Assembly (NCBI GenBank): GCA_001783805.1 | Contig: MFNS01000001.1 | Location: 649-64,648, forward strand | Direction: 5' to 3' | Source: Candidatus Levybacteria bacterium RIFCSPHIGHO2_01_FULL_40_16 | GTDB lineage: Bacteria; Patescibacteriota; Microgenomatia; Levybacterales; UBA12049 | DNA: 64,000 nt | Shown here: positions 61,793 to 64,000 of the stretch, in pieces | Numbering within the stretch: position 1 is the first letter of the stretch | Layout of the letters: each line of letters opens with the position of its first letter | Notes under the pieces: generated by a model | The model's input: only the letters and a program-made list of their open reading frames with translations | What the model was told of the DNA's origin: nothing | Databases searched by the model: none | Translations under genes and position numbers: made by a program

Positions 61793-62608
61793 ATGATTAT
61801 AGTTAATCTTACCGGAGGTTTGGGTAACCAAATGTTTCAATATGCATTTGGCAAGGCAATTGCAATTAAGCACAAGACGAGTCTCAAGCTTCACTTTACC
61901 AACGCATTATTTAATACGCAAAGATCTTATGAGCTGGACGTTTTTAACATTTCGGCCGATATAGCAACCGCAGAAAATTTGCGAAAACTTGGTATCATGC
62001 AAAATAACATTATCAATCGTCTTCTATATCTTCTTGATGAAAGGTATGGGATTCAATTCAACAAACATATTGTGACGCAAGGGTATCCATATAATTTTAA
62101 TCCAAGTTATCTTTCTGCAAAAAATGATTCATATATTCAGGGTTACTGGGCGGACGAACGTTATTTTAAGGAAATAGAAGATATAATAAGAAAAGAGTTT
62201 ACGCCAAAGAAAAGACTTGATGAGAGAAATCAAAAAATACTTAGCCTAATACAGACATCGACATCTGTAAGTATTCATGTAAGAAGAGGAGATTACATAA
62301 CTAACAAAGCGAATGTATTGAAATTTATTGGCCTTAATTACTATTTAAATTCTATTAACGAAATTAAAAAGCTAATACCCAATCCTGTATTTTTTGTTTT
62401 TTCCGATGATATTCCATGGTGCAAAAATAACTTAAAACAAATTTTAAATAAAGCTTATTTTATTGATTATAATAAGGGAAAAGAATCTTATAAGGATATT
62501 GTGTTGATGGGCACTTGTAAACACAATATTATTGCTAATAGTACGTTTAGCTGGTGGGGCGGGTGGCTGAATCAAAATATAAACAAGATATGCATTAGAC
62601 CAAACTGA
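61793..62608 (+). CDS. Alpha-1,2-fucosyltransferase (GT11)
   Basis: GGLGNQMFQYA, GYW...YF, HVRRGDY, FSDD..W, IIANSTFSWW. Confidence 0.95.
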   Translation: MIIVNLTGGLGNQMFQYAFGKAIAIKHKTSLKLHFTNALFNTQRSYELDVFNISADIATAENLRKLGIMQNNIINRLLYLLDERYGIQFNKHIVTQGYPYNFNPSYLSAKNDSYIQGYWADERYFKEIEDIIRKEFTPKKRLDERNQKILSLIQTSTSVSIHVRRGDYITNKANVLKFIGLNYYLNSINEIKKLIPNPVFFVFSDDIPWCKNNLKQILNKAYFIDYNKGKESYKDIVLMGTCKHNIIANSTFSWWGGWLNQNINKICIRPN

Positions 62609-62627
62609 CGGTAAGTTTAGATATTTT

Positions 62628-63479
62628 ATGGATATTTTAGATAAAACAAAAACAAAGCTCGACAAAAACGGGATATGGGTAACAAATGTTAGTTTATTAG
62701 AAGAAGAATCGGTGTCTCAAAGCGCTTGGGAAAAAATATATAATTACGATCTTAAAAAACTCGTAAGTAATAGAGAAAGTTTCAATAAAGATAAGTTGGC
62801 CGATCATATAGTCTACATAGACGATTCGTATAAGTTCACATCGCAAACAAACTACTTGGAGATAGGATGCGGACCGGCCTACATAGGTGAGTACCTAATG
62901 AAGACTCATAACTGTTATTTTATTGGAGTAGACTTCAATTACCCTATGTTACTTACACTCAAAAAATATTTCAATACAAAAGGATATAAAAAATATTTGT
63001 TAATTTACGCAGACATAAATGATATGCCGATTAAAAATAATACCATTGATTATATTTACGGAGGGGGAGTCATAGAGCATCTTCCCGACACTAATCATAT
63101 TGTGGAAGAACTTTATCGAGTTCTGAGAAGGGGTGGAGTTGCGTTTAATACCGTTCCGGCATTCTCTTTGTGGTGGATTACGAGATGCTTTAATAACATC
63201 CCTTCTTTAAAAGGAATTAGGAAAATATTTGAATTTATGCACCTTAAGCTTTTAAAAGGCAGAATATTAGAAAAATACTATGGTTATGAGCTTAGCTTTA
63301 CGGTTAACAATTTAAGAAATTTACATAAAAAGAGCGGTTTTTGCGACATAAAAATAGGAGCATTTGCCTTTCATCCGTCGACAAATAAGCTGAAGAATGT
63401 GCTTTTAAGAAATTTATATTATAAAACTCAAACTAGCATTTTTACGACTGCTATGTATTTCGTGTCTGCTAAAAAATAA
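62628..63479 (+). CDS. Class I SAM-dependent methyltransferase
   Basis: LEIGCG, GVDF, GVIEH, RVLRRGG. Confidence 0.88.
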   Translation: MDILDKTKTKLDKNGIWVTNVSLLEEESVSQSAWEKIYNYDLKKLVSNRESFNKDKLADHIVYIDDSYKFTSQTNYLEIGCGPAYIGEYLMKTHNCYFIGVDFNYPMLLTLKKYFNTKGYKKYLLIYADINDMPIKNNTIDYIYGGGVIEHLPDTNHIVEELYRVLRRGGVAFNTVPAFSLWWITRCFNNIPSLKGIRKIFEFMHLKLLKGRILEKYYGYELSFTVNNLRNLHKKSGFCDIKIGAFAFHPSTNKLKNVLLRNLYYKTQTSIFTTAMYFVSAKK

Positions 63480-63482
63480 TTT

Positions 63483-64000
63483 ATGAGAATTCTTTACCAA
63501 ATTCCTTCTATTAATACCATTTATGCCGGCAGGACTATATATTACGGTTACAGACATGCATTTGAAGATCTGGGTCACGCATTTCGGCCCTTAACGGCAG
63601 ATGACAATCCGAAAGAAATTCTAACTGAGTTTAAGCCTGACGTCCTCTTTACAAGCCTTAATTCTTATAATTTAAAATACCTTCCTGCAGAGAGTGTAAA
63701 AATATATAAAAAACATGGTACAAAAATATTTGTGAATATTCCTTTTTGGAAGTCTCCAATGTCCAAGCTTCGCATAAATGAGACTCCCAGTATTTCCGAA
63801 AAAGAAGATTACGTAAAATTAATAAAATCAGGGGATTACGGTGATGTTTATTTCAACAACTGTGAGCGGGGCGATTGCAGAATGGAAGATTTTGAAAAAA
63901 CCACCGGATATCGCCATTACACAGTTCTACTAGCTGCCGACAAAACCATTTCTGCTCCAAAGTTTTCAAAAAAGTTCGCTTGCGACGTATCGTTTATTGG
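63483..64000 (+). CDS. Partial CDS running off the window; probable glycosyltransferase (CgeB/GT-B-like N-terminus)
   Basis: ATG 63483, MRILYQIPS...GYRHAFEDLGH...FKPDVLF; not in the ORF track because no stop lies in the window. Confidence 0.65.
   Translation, partial: MRILYQIPSINTIYAGRTIYYGYRHAFEDLGHAFRPLTADDNPKEILTEFKPDVLFTSLNSYNLKYLPAESVKIYKKHGTKIFVNIPFWKSPMSKLRINETPSISEKEDYVKLIKSGDYGDVYFNNCERGDCRMEDFEKTTGYRHYTVLLAADKTISAPKFSKKFACDVSFI

Overview
This is a low-GC, densely coding bacterial window. Gene style (archaeal-type short AspRS, compact GluRS and ObgE, tRNAs without encoded CCA, heavy GT-C expansion) suggests Patescibacteria/CPR, probably Microgenomates; that assignment is inference. 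Bases 1-16.4 kb are mostly housekeeping: aspS, DD-carboxypeptidase, gltX, dgkA, GIY-YIG nuclease, DEAD-box helicase, obgE, a GNAT, SNase, corA, lon with a CIRCE-like operator, tRNA-Gln(CTG), tRNA-Glu(CTC), plus one 628-aa orphan beside tRNA-Gln. From 16.5 kb to past the window end lies a >47-kb surface-glycosylation locus: about 15 predicted GT-C membrane glycosyltransferases, 5 polyprenol-phosphate-sugar-synthase-like GT2s, other GT2/GT4/GT11 enzymes, 2 flippases, galE, fcl, an RmlC-like cupin, methyltransferases and an epimerase/split-transketolase/GtrB module. Signals not explained by the ORF track: (i) pervasive leaderless promoter geometry (-10 box 6-8 nt before the start codon); (ii) two divergent genes whose start codons overlap in one CATG, each with its -10 box inside the other gene; (iii) two palindromic inserts flanked by 4-bp direct repeats that interrupt leaderless promoters, one creating a translationally coupled 35-aa uORF; (iv) many heptamer tandem repeats inside coding sequences. 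No CRISPR array, rRNA, integrase or transposase was seen.
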